Both the position numbers and the translations under genes were made by a program. A stretch of DNA of 64,000 nucleotides from Zygnema circumcarinatum SAG 698-1b (taxonomy: Eukaryota > Plantae > Zygnematophyceae): the NCBI GenBank assembly GCA_037447605.1, contig CM074820.1, forward strand, positions 930,001 through 994,000, read 5' to 3'. This document shows, piece after piece, positions 24,235-36,836 of this stretch. The notes under the pieces were generated by a model. It saw only the letters and a program-made list of their open reading frames with translations, did not search any database and had not been told where the DNA came from. Numbering within the stretch: position 1 is the first letter of the stretch; each line of letters starts with the position of its first letter.

Positions 24235-27200
24235 TGTTGGAGCGTGGATCTGCTCGCTGCTCCCGGCGCCACCTCGCGTGTCGCCCTCCATTGGAACTCC
24301 GGTTCCCACCGATGAAGACATCTTCACTTTCTCTCACTCTATCTCACTTCACTCATAGCCCATAACTCACAGAATGAACACAGAGATGATCACAACGGAA
24401 ATCACACACGAGAAAGTGTAGGAGAAAGCTCACGGCTCTAAAACTCCTTTATATTAAGAATGTCACCCACATGAAGTTCTCCCCATCTCACTAGCTACTT
24501 TACTCACTACCTTAAGCACACAAGCAGGCGTTCTCAAAGAACACGAAAGGTGCAATTTAATAAGTTTCGCATAGAATATGCGACCAATGTGGTTATCCTA
24601 CATAATCAAGCTAAACCCTATATACCGCCATGGCCGTGTTACGTGACATCTTCCTTGTTGACCGATGTCATGTCACGGCCGCCTTCATGCGTTCAGCAGC
24701 CAGGTACGCGTTCAACATCCAGCATTGCGGTTCTTCGTAAACCTACGTCCGCGCCGACCTAGTCAACTCGTCCGTACAGTTTCGCCGCCCATCTGAACTT
24801 GTCGTCCGCTCGAAGCGCGGTAATCCTGCCGCTCGTCTGCATCGCCCGCCGCCTGCGGCGCTATTACGTTCGACAAGGCTACGTACACATCCGCTACCGT
24901 CCGCGACAAATCTCCGGCCGCCGCATTCGCGCTGCCACACCTGTCCGCTGGCCGCCACTGCCCCCTCCGTGAGTTGACCTCGCCGCAGTCCGCTGATCAA
25001 GACGAAGGGGTTCGGACGCTGGGTTCCACGACATCGCCGCATATATTCTCTCAGCGCTCGAAGCGCATCGGCCACCGGAGCATTTGGCCCACCGTATTTC
25101 TAGACTACTAATAGCGTGATCTCATGTTTCCTAACCGAGGACTACAACAATGTTAGTGTGAACCCATACAATGTCTAACTATAACACACTAACACTAACA
25201 ATCCCCCTCTTGGGACTCAGTTCCTCATGGGCCCTAGCCCAATGAGTCTGCTATTCACTAGTTGTGTCTCCCCGCTAACTCCCTTAGTCAACATATCCGC
25301 AGCCTGCTCCTTCGTCCCCACGAACTTCACAACAATCATCCCCTCCTCTACCTATTCTCGCACATAATGGTATTGCACTCTGATGTGCTTTGTTCTCTTA
25401 TGAAACAAAGGGTTTTCAACAAGAGCTATGGACGACTGATTATCCGTGAACAAAGTCAAGGGACGTTGTGGCCTCTTACACTCATCAAAGAAATGTTGGA
25501 ACCAAACTCCCTCCTTCGCTGCGTGACATGCTCCCATGTACTCGCCTTCGGTGCTAGACAACGCAACCGAATCCTGTAGCTTCGAGCTCCATGAGATCGC
25601 TCCACCTGCGTTCAGGTAAACAAATCCGGAGGTCGAACGCGATGTGTCCACGTCACCTCCCCAGTCAGAGTCGGTGTACCCGATGACTTTGTTCGGCCCT
25701 CTCTCGTAACAGAGTCCTTACTCCAAGGTCCCCCGTACGAACCGAAAGATTCGCTTTACGGCCTCCCAATGCTCAGGGCCGGGATTCTCCATGAACCGAC
25801 TCGCGGCGCTCACAGCTTTCGCCAAGTCCGGTCGAGTACCAATCATTANNNNNNNNNNGGGCACGGAGGGAGTTAAACTTCACCACCGCGGCGAAAGTCT
25901 CCGTGTAGTCGATTCCGTACTTCTGGCTGTAGCCCTTCGCCACCAGCCGCGCCTTGTAACGGTCGACACTCCCGTCCGCCTTCCGCTTCACCTTGAACAC
26001 CCACTTGCATCCAATGGCTCTCCTTCCCTTCGGCAGCTTCTCCAGTCGCCACGTCCCGTTCTCTATCAGACTATTCCACTCGCTATCGATCGCTGCTCGC
26101 CACTTCGCTCCATCGACCCCATCGTGAGCCTCCTCGAAGGTTTGCGGCTCAGTGATCATGTAGCAGTGGGCAACTCCTGCGAGGTCAGCNNNNNNNNNNC
26201 TCCGCCTCGACGTTCGGCATTGCTCCCGAGTCAGCTCCTTCGCTCTCCGGCATGCTGATCTCCTCCAAAGCCGGGACCTGAGAGGCTTCAACGCCTTCTC
26301 CGCTGGTCTCCACGTCCTCATACACAATCTCCAATCCTGTCTTTTGGGGCTGGGTCTCACCTAGCCGTGTCACCGCCCCTTTCTCGTCCACCGTGATGTC
26401 CCTCGAGCTCTGCACTTCCTTCGCTCGCGGGTTCCAAATCCTGTAGGTGCGACTGTCCATGTTGTAGCCGAGAACATACCCTTCAACGGCTCGCGGGTCG
26501 AACTTCCTCTTCTGTCTCGCCTTCGGCACCGTCGACCAGCAGCGCGCTCCGAAAGCCTTCAGGTGGGAAACCGTGGGTTTTCTCCCACTCCACACCTCCT
26601 CAGGAACCTGGTCCTTGAGCACAGAAGATGGGCATCTATTCCTAAGGTAAGCTGCGGTCATCACCGCCTCTCCCCAGAAAGAAGCCGGGAAGGGGGAATC
26701 TATCAGCATGGTCCGCGCCATGTCCCCCAACGTCCTATTTACCCTTTCAGCAGCTCCATTACTTTGAGGGGAGTAGGGAGCAGAGAATTCATGCCTAATT
26801 CCACGAGTCTTGAGGTACTCGCCGAACTCCTTCGACTTGAACTCCCCTCCGTTGTCTGAGCGCAGAGTCTTCAGTTTCTGTCCGCTCTCTCGCTCCATCT
26901 GAGTCTGCCAATCTCTGAAGGCTCCGAAAGCCTCAGACTTGTTCTTGAGAATTTTCACCCAAATTTTCCTCGAAAAATCATCGAGAAAAGTGATGAAGTA
27001 CCGAGCTCCTCCACTCGTTGCCGGTGTCACGGGGCCACAAAGGTCGGTGTGAACCAACTCCAGTTTCTCCTGCGCATGGTACGCCTCCTCTCCGCTCCTC
27101 GCGAATGGTTTCCGATGCGCCTTCCCCTCTACACACTCCTTGCAAAAGCCGAGCTCCTTCTCCACGACATCTACGTCTAACCCACGGACCAGCCCCTTAG

Positions 27201-29692
27201 CAGCAAGCTGTTGCAACCCCCGATGGTTAAGATGTCCAAGTCTACGATGCCAGAGATTTATGGCAGTTTCAGCCACAGCCATCACATCTTCATCCTCTGT
27301 CCTTCTATAATGAAGATAATACAGGCCTCCCTTCTCATACCCCTCAAACAGCCGCTTCCCCGTCACTGCATGAGTAGCTACACAAGACTTCTCCTTGAAT
27401 GTGATCTCGTACCCCCTCTTACACACCTGGCTAACAGACATGAAGTTCTGTTTCAGCTCGGGGGTGTGAAGGACATCACCGATACACAAACGCTCCTCCC
27501 TCTCCTCTTCGTAGATGACAGAGCCGTCTCCGAGAATCATCTTGACTACTCCACCCTTCGTGACTGTCACTCCCTCTCCGGTTGCCGAGTGAACAGATCG
27601 AGTCTTCTCCAGCGTGTCCAACGTGGAGAACATCTGCTTGTCGCCACACATGTGTGTGGAAGCGCCTGAGTCGATCAACCAGGGCCGCTTCAGATCCTGA
27701 ACCTGGATCTTCCCAACAAAGTCAGAACCTTCGGGCCTTTCAGCCATCATCAGATTGGTCTCATTCGACCCTCTGCATTCGGTGCTCTTGTGACCTCGCT
27801 TCTTGCACTTGAAGCAGATCCCCTTGAAGCCTTTCTTCTCCTTCTTGCCGAATGCCGGCGCGCCTCCTCCTCCCCGATCTTGGGGACTCTTGTTCTTGTA
27901 GCAGTCTGCCGAGTAGTGGCCGGTCTTGCCACACATGTAGCACGCTCCCGCAGGGCGTTCCCCTCGGTCCGACTTCGGCGCACCTCCTCTTCGGTCTTGT
28001 CGTGAGTGCAGCGCTAGCACCTTCTCCTCGGTGCTCCCGGTGTCTTGGACAGTGTCCTCCTCCTTGATCCTCCGCTTCACTTGCTCAAGGGTCATTTTCG
28101 AGTTCGTTAGGACAGTCCTAAGCGCTGCAACTGCTACGTCAAATCTGGAGGTTAATCCCCCCAAGAACTGGCTGATCTTATGGTCACTCTCTAACGGTTT
28201 CTGTAGAGCTATGAACCTCTCCATCAAGGTATCAAACCTGACCATATATTCACTCAGTTTCTCATCCGAAGTCATCTTCATCTTCCCAAGCTGCGTGTAA
28301 AGACTCACTATCGTGACGTTATCCTTTACATCATACATCTCTTCTAAGCACCTCCACATAGCATGTGAGGTCTTGAGATCATACAGCATGGACGAAGGAC
28401 TTCCCCTCACACTCATGACGATCTGGGTGAGCGCTTTGTTGTCCTTGGCACTCCATCTGGCGAGCGCCACTTCGTGTTCCGACTGCTGCTCCGCCGTGGC
28501 TCCCTCCGGTAGCACCGATGCCTTGATGGTGCCGTTGACGTACCCCAACAGTCCCTTGCCCACGAGCAAAGGGACCAGCCGCCATCTCCACCCCTTGTAG
28601 TCTTGACCGTCGAATGCGGGAATGCTGAACTTCACGTGGTCCTCGTCGCCACCATTGGCTCTGATACCACTTGTTGGAGCGTGGATCTGCTCGCTGCTCC
28701 CGGCGCCACCTCGCGTGTCGCCCTCCATTGGAACTCCGGTTCCCACCGATGAAGACATCTTCACTTTCTCTCACTCTATCTCACTTCACTCATAGCCCAT
28801 AACTCACAGAATGAACACAGAGATGAGCACAGCGGAAATCACACACGAGAAAGTGTAGGAGAAAGCTCACGGCTCTAAAACTCCTTTATAATAAGAATGT
28901 CACCCACATGAAGTTCTCCCCCTCTCACTAGCTACTTCTCCCCTTACTCACTACCTTGCGACACAAGCAGGGCAGCCCAGCAACACGAGCAGGCACAGAA
29001 TAAGTCACGGGACTACAGTAGTCTAATGTGGTTATCCTATACAATCAAGCTAAACCCTATATACCGCCATGGCCGTGTTACGTGACATCTTCCTAGTTGA
29101 CCGATGTCACGTCACGGCCGCCCTCATGCGTTCAGCAGCCGGGTACGCGTTCAACATCCAGCATTGCGGTCCTTCGTAAACCTACGCCAGCGCCGACCTA
29201 GTTAGGCCGTCCGTACAGTTCCGCCGCCCATCTGAACTTGTCGTCCGTTCGAGCGCAGAACTTCCGCCGCCCGTCCGTACGCGTCCGCCGCCCGCGCGCG
29301 CATGTTCGATTCGCGCGCGCCGTACACATTCGCGCCGTCCGCGACGAAATCTCCGTCGTCGCATTTCCGCGCCGTTCACACTTGTCCGCGTGGCTGCTGA
29401 CTCGGTCTCCTCCGTAGTTGACCTCGTCAGAGTCCGCGGACCGCACTAAGGGTCTGACGCGGTTCCGCCGTGTTGACCTCGTCAGAGTCCGCGGACCGCA
29501 CTAAGGGTCTGACGCGGTTCCGCCGACATCACCGACATTCTCCGCGCCCGAAAAGCGTACGGGCCACCGACATTTGGCCCGACCGTATTTCCTAGGACTA
29601 CTACTAGCAGATCTCATGTTTCCCAACTGAGGACCACAACAATGTTAGTGTGAACCCATACAATGTCTAACTATAACACACTAACACTAACA
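24235..29692 (-). mobile_element. Near-complete Ty1/copia element (family A) with 5-bp TSD CAAAC
   Basis: 5' LTR 28672-29692, PBS TGGTATCAGAGCC 28657-28669, [14 protein letters not shown] 25201-25211, 3' LTR 24235-25200. CAAAC occurs at 24230-24234 and 29693-29697. Confidence 0.95.
25217..28758 (-). CDS. Copia Gag-Pol polyprotein (gag, two CCHC knuckles, PR, GAG-pre-integrase, INT, RT, RNase H), broken only by two assembly gaps
   Basis: Motifs: CYMCGKTGHYSADC, CFKCKKRGHKSTEC, WLIDSGASTHM, LWHRRLGHLN..CKEC, HTDLCGP, LRSDNGGEF, NGAAERVNRTL, WVFKVK..RYKARLVAKGYSQ, DSDWGGD, KRTKHI. The first ATG is at 28758, inside the 5' LTR. Confidence 0.92.
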
Positions 29693-30919
29693 CAAACATG
29701 GGGGATGCCCAAATGTTAGGGCAATGTACGGCAGGTCTAGGGAAGGTCTAGGGTCGTAGGATTGCGGCTTAGGCTTAGACCGTACCAAAGGGGGTGCGCT
29801 GGATGCGCATTAATTGATTTGGAGCGCGACTGTACGGACGGCGCGCGACTGTACGGACGACGCGGAAATGTTCGGACGCGGAGGTCTTTGGCGCGAAAGG
29901 CGGATCTGCACTAAGCGACATGATTGGTCGCGCCAGAGTGCAGATCGCGACGCAATCTCCTGTCGATGTATATNNNNNNNNNNNNNNNNNNNNNNNNNNN
30001 NNNNNNNNNNNNNNNNNNNNNNNNNNNNNNNNNNNNNNNNNNNNNNNNNNNNNNNNNNNNNNNNNNNNNNNNNTCAGCCGTTATCTATTCGTCACAGTTG
30101 TATAATATAATATATAATATATAATCGTAACTAATCCCCGAATCCCCGAAAGAGGTTGACAGACTTTTCATTGGAAGGAATTCTTCACTGCAAACAGTTT
30201 GATAGTTTGACCACTCTTCGAGGGTCTCTTTGAGTAGTTTGCATCACTTCTATAGCTGTCTTGATCAGCCTAAAACTCCTAAGGGAGTGAGACCATTTTT
30301 CATTTCATTTCTAATTTTAGTTCCTATTTCAGTTTTTCTTTTGTGACTACACCTAGAATTTCAGAGGTTATGATTTGGAATAGAGTTTTTGTGAGGAAAT
30401 TTCAAGACTATGATGGATTCTAAAGTGATACTTGGAGTAATTAATGATGGATGGAAAAGGAAATAGAGAGCTTAGGATTGGATCTACAAAGTTTCAGTGC
30501 AATTGGGTTTTTGAATAAGCAACTATATGTTGTGATTGCCAAATGCACAGTTGTTCTAATTGATTGGTAAAATTTACCAATCTATAAGAGTCGAAGAGGT
30601 TGCACCAGTTTCTAAAGCCGTGTTGTTATACCAACAAGTAAAGTTCATATACATCATTGCTATCGTGGTTGCAAATGCAATTCATTTCCTTTCTGTTTTT
30701 AACCAAAAAAATGCTTTTTTGGGGCTTGTGTGGTATTTAAGTTGAAATCACGTAAACTAATCTCAAAATCTTACATAAATAAGCTATTTACGATATTTAG
30801 GGGATCTCCCCTATTTGAAGAGGCCTGCGCATCAGGCTTGTTACACTAGTTGTCAACGGTTGGCAACCCACCAAAAAACACATACGATCCATTTTTGCAA
30901 TTTTTTTTAATTTCAGAAA

Positions 30920-31050
30920 TTCAATGGTTGCCAACCATTGGATCACTGGTTCCGAACCAGTCGAATGGTTGTTTCGGTCCTGAGCCACTGGTTGGTAACC
31001 AGTCGAATGGTTGTTTCGGTCCGCAACCACTGGTTGCCAACCAGTCGAGT
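30920..31050. repeat. 42-bp tandem repeat (about 2.5 units), each with an ACTGGTT-N3-AACCAGT dyad
   Basis: Units start at 30944, 30986 and 31028. A related dyad AATGGTT-GCC-AACCATT lies at 30923-30939. Confidence 0.85.
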
Positions 31051-31143
31051 GGTTTGTCTAATGGTCCGATCTGTGCAACCCTTTGAAGTACAAGGCAGCC
31101 CACTATTACGGGTTTGGAACGCGGTGTGGCAATTGCGCTGACG

Positions 31144-31250
31144 GAACTACGGTCTCGAAACTACGGTCTGAGAACTGCGATCTTCGAACTACAATGTCGG
31201 AACTTGAATTACGGAACGACGGTCATGGGACTACGGTCTGAGAACTACGA
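31144..31250. repeat. Degenerate ~14-bp repeat (ACTACGGTCTgaga)
   Basis: ACTACGGTC occurs three times, with degenerate ACTRC units between. Confidence 0.6.
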
Positions 31251-31673
31251 TTTCTGCCCACCGCGTGTTCAACATGGCAGTATGAGAGCATTGCCGCCTA
31301 GCCGCCCGCCGGCACATGGCTTACGACCAGGAAGTACGGACGGCCGTACATGACGGAGCAACTGAACTTTCACCGCATTGATCGCCGAAGCTGCCGCCGT
31401 CGGAAGGCGATTGGCCGGCCGTCAGCCGCCGGCCGGCAGCGTTTTCGCCGGTTACTGNNNNNNNNNNAGGACATTGTACTTTTTACCACGTTAATCACAC
31501 ATCTGTCTTTTGTGTCAACTCTCTCTGTCCTCACTTTGATCGTACAATGTCCACTCCGTCTTTTTCAATAAAGTTGGGACATAAATGAATGATAAGTAAA
31601 AACAAAAAAAGGTAGTTCAGTAGGTGCAGGTCGCTTGACAGTTGTGGGAGAGAGGCAGGCAGCCAGCTCTCAC

Positions 31674-34600
31674 CTGCAGGCGTAGAACATGTATGGCTCG
31701 TAGATCTTCGACATACGAGTGAGCTTCTCAAACGTCTTCATTTTGATGCTGTTTCGCTTGTGGGCGAGCGCATTGGAGGCATGCCTTGATCCCTTAAAGG
31801 CAGCCAAAACCTGCTCGACCTGCAACAGTCAAACAGAATGTCAGAGCTTACAAAGAAGCCATCAAGTCGGTCCATAACTTGCGAAATGTATAGGCAAAGG
31901 AGCGTAGTGGACAAAGATGTGCCAAGAAAAACCCTAACTGTTCTCAAATCTGACTTAGCTGCAAAATTCACGCATCTTATGCCCTGTTCTCCTTATCCTG
32001 TTTCTCAACGAACTGCAGAAATACACTTTGGAAGCAAACACTTCGCAGTATTGTAGAACTCTACCTGGACAGGCAGGCAATACTTGAACCACAAGTGCGC
32101 CTGGAAACTGAAGAGGGCGCCATACACTTTCATAGGCTTCACATTGATCTTCTGCCCGTCCTTTCCCACCATCGGAGAGGCTGTAAAGTGCTCTGAAATC
32201 GCCTCTGCAAACTCTCTCATGGTTAACAGATTCGAAACTGACGTGGCCACATGATACACGGTAAGGCCGGGCTGTTTCGCATGCTTCACCAGCATTGCCA
32301 GAATAGCATTGATCACCATATCCACAGGGACCTGCAGAAGGGGGGGAAAGAAAAGGGGAGAATCAAAATGACATAAATGAGAGGGATCACAAATAAAGAG
32401 GAGCCTGCAGTCCGTTTCTTGTACAAGAGACTCAGTAGGGAGCCTTACCAAGTCTACAGGCCCATCCTTATCAGCAAAGAAGCCCTCCATCTGACATTTG
32501 CCATAGGCTAAAATTATTGGATCTGTCATGCTGGCGTCACATAGAATAAGAGAAAGTCAGAGAATCGCAGAAAGCTATATCATGTTCGACAAACAGCAAA
32601 GCGCTATCCTTGCTCCCACAAAATTTCTCAGTGAGTCCACAGGAACTAAGCGGCGAAAATGCAGGCACTTCACTCATGCGAAAAGCAATGTAAGGACAAA
32701 ACCACATTCCTAATTCATCACAGCATGAAGCTCTTACCGAATGCCCTCAATCCATCCCAGTATGGGCTCAGAAAGAGAGCTTTCCACAATGCTGGGTCGG
32801 GCAATGGCTATAGGGAGCTTGTGGCTATACTCCGATAACAGCATCTCCCCCATCGCCTTTGAAAAGACATAAGTGTCTTGCCACCCAAATAGGTTTGCCC
32901 TGCCAGTACCATGACGCTGCATGTATAAGCAGTTGACCGATTGCCCACAGCTCTATTGGAATGAGTAAATCCGCCGCAAATCTTGCCCTGTTAGATTGCA
33001 GCGTGATTATTATGTTCTTTGCGTGTTCAGACTCTGTTTCAACCCCATAGTAATGCTCCCATAAAAACACCTCCCTAAACTGATCGCATAAGCTCGAATA
33101 AGCCAGCACCTTTTAGCAAAGCCCCAAAGCTATTGATTGCATGCATTGCGAGTCGACCTGATAGCCATCACATATTGTAAGGATGTGAACATCATCATCG
33201 TGTTCTGCTTAGGTTTCGAGCATTCCACAGAATACCCCAAGGAGCAGTGGGATCAGACCGCTCACCTTTCCAATCCAAGCTCTACCATTCTCTTCTGCAC
33301 AAAGGCTTGGCCTTTCTCTGCATCCATTGCTGCGGCCTCTGCTTGAACAGCTCTCAACTCTCTCTCCATAAGCGCAATCTCCCCTTCCACATCCAACCGG
33401 GGCACATCTCCTCCACCAGAAAGTTCTTTTGCAATTGAATCTCCCATGGCAAAAGGCTGCTCCGCTGTACGGCTGACTCTTCGTCCATTCACATAAGCTG
33501 CAAATAGACGAAGATCATATCCCGCGGTACACGTTTTTAACGTCCATTTCTGCTAGAAAATGAACGAACTGAAGTCGCTCGTACAGTTCTCGTACCAGCA
33601 CAAGACTGTGACGTAAGTTCGGATATGAGGGTTGTAAGGTGCCAAAGTTTGTCGAGAATACGAATGATGAAGGAGGATGAGGAAGGCTTCATATATGCTG
33701 TGCATCACCAATGTATAATACGGTACTCTCCACAATAAACGTCCTTAAGAATAGCACTGAATTCCTAAACAGAGGAAAGGTAACATACTTCAGAATTGTT
33801 CGAATATGCTATGTACATTTTTCCCACGACTCACCTGTGGAAATATGGAGATGCAATTGGAGCTTTTTGCACCTTGCCGCAAACTGAACTGCTCGACGTG
33901 CTCCTAAAGTGTTCACATTGAGTGCAACATCATACCTGCATTACGGCACACATGCAAGGGTCAAAAAGTGAACAGAATTCACAACTCCTCTTAAATATTC
34001 TACTTCTGAGAAGAAGTCAGCCTGATGCTTCGACTCGTTTGATTTACTTGTTGCGCAGAACGGTGACGGAGTGCTATCTCTTTCCTTCATAACCTCCGAC
34101 GTTTCCCTTCAGAAATCCGGTTTGCGGCTCTGTAAAGATCTATGCAAAGAATGAGCGAACTGTTCAAAATGAAAGGGTGCGTATGCTTACTTTCTTCTCG
34201 ATGAAATAATTCATTCGACGTTTCAGGCTGCATATATAACGTGAGGTGACACCTCCACCTTTTAACTTCCGCATCTCCACTCACTGACTATCTCTGTGGC
34301 ACCTTTCAACCCCCACTCGCTGTCTCCTTGATATGTACCTCTCATCAAATGTCGTATTTGCTGCAGAATTAATGATGATGTCAACATTCTCCACGAGCCC
34401 CTCAGCCACAGAAGGTGCCAATCCAAGCCCTTGTTCGGTCATGTTGCCCTCCACCGCTGTCAACTTGCTGCTCATGAATTCTCCAAAGCGGCTTTCATGA
34501 ACATCTCGCAACACGTTGAATACTTGTGAGCCAATAACCTGAACATAAAAAACGTTTCTGTGTGAGTGCTTTGAAATTGAACTAGCAATGCGCTTTGTGT

Positions 34601-35409
34601 TTCTTACTAGAAACACAAAGCGCTGAAAAATAACACTAGACAGCCGCCTTAATACCTTAAGAAGTTCCCATGCTAGGCAGAGCCTTTATCTGCCTAACAC
34701 GAGCTGAAAATTTGGCCTAGTAAAAAGAAAATGCTTAAAGCATTGAGCGACCACCTGTCCGTCCAGCCGCTGCTGTGCTGACACGTCAGCCCTTTTCTGA
34801 ATGACGAGGTAAAGTTGACCGACGTTCGGCTGCTCGCGCAGTACTTTTTCAACAAGAACTGGAGAACAGAAATGCAAGATTGAATATGCAACATCAGATC
34901 ATTTCCTTCCTGGAAAATTTCCACTGTGAAGGGTAAATGTATGCCAATAAAATGCTGACGTTTACGTCAAGCTCCACTTACACAAGATAACAGCTCAAGC
35001 TTGCCTCTTCTATACGCCTGATTCCCTATGTTCCTCTGAATGAGCAAACAAGCAGCTCCCAAAATTCCCCATAAATTTCATATGCACATAGTCAGTGTGG
35101 ATGCAATGTACTCTCTTAAGCCGCTTCTTCACCTTTCGCCAAAAAACCCGTGGCTCCTGTGATAAGAATGTTCTTCCCCCGGAGGAAGTCTGTGATACTA
35201 AGCCCTCTGTGGCTCGTGTTTCTGCTTGAAGCGGTGGAATCAGACCCCTCCTCACTCCTTGAACCACCATTGCTTTCCCTATCCACGCTGATTTCTGGAA
35301 AGGATTTCAGATTGGCCATATCCTTTTCAAAGCTTCTTAGCGTCTTCGCCGCTCGCCTCGGCACACTTCTTTCCTTCTCGCCGATATCCGCCGTCGCCTT
35401 TACCACCAT
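31674..35409 (-). CDS. FAR: Fatty acyl-CoA reductase (FAR/MS2 family), multi-exon; terminal exon(s) not found
   Basis: Exons encode GKNILITGATGFLAK (Rossmann), VLVEKVLREQPNV, VDIIINSAANTTFDERY, GWQDTYVFSKAMGEM (YxxxK), IARPSIVESSLSEP..GWIEG, VPVDMVINA and SKIYEPYMFY. Confidence 0.93.
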
Positions 35410-35717
35410 TGCCAGCCTCCCCCCCTTCTCCTTTGCCTTCCCCTCCGCCCTTTCTTTTAGCTGTCGGCCCCACACTCACACATTCCTACGAAACGCACCC
35501 ACGCACGATTGCTTCGCTCCTCCCCTCTGCGAATCTCCTCCCAAACCTCGGACTAATCCACCACATGACTGTCAGTGTATGGATCTCTGGATCAAGTGTA
35601 CAGCTGATACTTGTAGGATTTGGTCGAAGTGTAAAAACATGTCAATGTACGGATCGCCGTACAGTAGAGATTTGTGGGATTTGGTCGAAGTGTACGGATC
35701 TACGGGTAATAGAATAA

Positions 35718-35917
35718 GGGGGAGTCAGACCTTGACCATCGCTTACGAAATTCCCGAATTCCTTATACTAAAAGTCACTTCTTTCGTGTACGAATTCCGG
35801 ATCGGGATCCGCGGCTCCGCCGAGCCCAGCCGTACCAAAATTCGTACCTAGCCAATGCTTAATTCGCCCGACAGGCTTACGAAATTGGTTTGGCGATGGT
35901 CAAGGTCTGACTACCCC
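35718..35917. mobile_element. MITE-1 copy 1 (~200 bp)
   Basis: TIRs GGGG(T)AGTCAGACCTTGACCATCGC. Near-identical to 36622-36820. Confidence 0.85.
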
Positions 35918-36621
35918 TATTGTATGCTTATTGTATGGCGGGTAGTGCGATATGCCACCGGTTGGCTGAGCCGAAGGGGCAGCCAATCCGGGGCTGCCAC
36001 TTGGCAATTAGGGTTGCAGGTCTCCTGGAGGATGGAGGCAGGAGGCAGGGACTGCAAGGAAGCAACGCAGAGGAGGACGAGCTCCCAGGCTCACCGTTCG
36101 GGGAGGGACCCCCTCTCTCTCTGCTCCCCTCTCTCCGCCGCTCTCTTTCTCCCTCCTCCCCGTCCCATCTTCCCCTCTCTCAGTACCCGCCACCCCTTAT
36201 CCACACCGCCCTCATCCTCATCCTCGCCAGTCGGCACGCCCGTTTCGCCGGCCCGCCCGCCCGCCCTTCCCGGTCGCGCCGTGCAAGGCGGTGCATGCGC
36301 CGCTTTCGGCGCCTTGGGGAGGCCTCTTCGGCAGATTTGCAGTTCGGCCGGGTCGTGGCCACGGGTTTACCAAGAAGCTTCGCGGCAGTTGCTCAGATGC
36401 AAAACGACGCGCGGCGTACTTTTGGTCGCAAATTCATAGTAGCATCGGATTTGTCGCCTAGCGTCATGCGCCGCCGTCAGGCCAATCTGAGGAGGCCACG
36501 TAGTGGGCCTGCAGCGATCGGACCTGCTGCTCCCCCGCCCCCGCCCGGTCGGCCCGCGCCTGTCCGTACGGACACAAAATACTGTACTGTACAGTACAGT
36601 AGCAAGGGGGCAGACAGAATA

Positions 36622-36820
36622 GGGGGAGTCAGACCTTGACCATCGCTTACGAAATTCCCGAATTCCTCATACTAAAAGTCATTTCTTTCGTGTACGAATT
36701 CCGGGTCGGGATCCGCGGCTCCGCCGAGCCCAGCCGTACCGAAATGCGTACCTAGCCAATCCTTAATTCGCCCGACAGGCTTACGAAATTGATTAGGCGA
36801 TGGTCAAGGTCTGATCCCCC
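36622..36820. mobile_element. MITE-1 copy 2, TA target duplication
   Basis: TA|GGGGGAGTCAGACCTTGACCATCGC ... GCGATGGTCAAGGTCTGATCCCCC|TA. Confidence 0.85.
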
Positions 36821-36836
36821 TAATGTGGCTATACTA

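Larger units (their letters stand above)
22105..29973 (+). mobile_element. Copia family B copy 3, its LTR interrupted by the family-A element at 24235-29692
   Basis: Matches 9150-10890. The LTR sequence ...GGACCAAAC|ATGGGGG is split by the insertion; the intact form is at about 10880. Confidence 0.85.

Noticed and set aside
29412-29525. Exact ~55-bp tandem duplication in the 5' LTR of element A
   Set aside because: Absent from the other two A LTRs. A local slippage or assembly artefact is the simplest explanation.
30266-30285. Eleventh copy of the LTR hairpin
   Set aside because: Only the 5' half (TAGGAGTTTTAGGC, minus strand) is present, with no pairing arm and no LTR boundaries that I could define.
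30920-31050. CRISPR-like array
   Set aside because: Whole 42-bp units repeat with no unique spacers, the context is eukaryotic, and there are no cas genes.
35150-36639. Long plus-strand ORFs (233, 194 and 239 aa) upstream of or antisense to FAR
   Set aside because: No domain signatures. They are GC-rich, antisense to FAR or run through MITEs, so probably chance ORFs.
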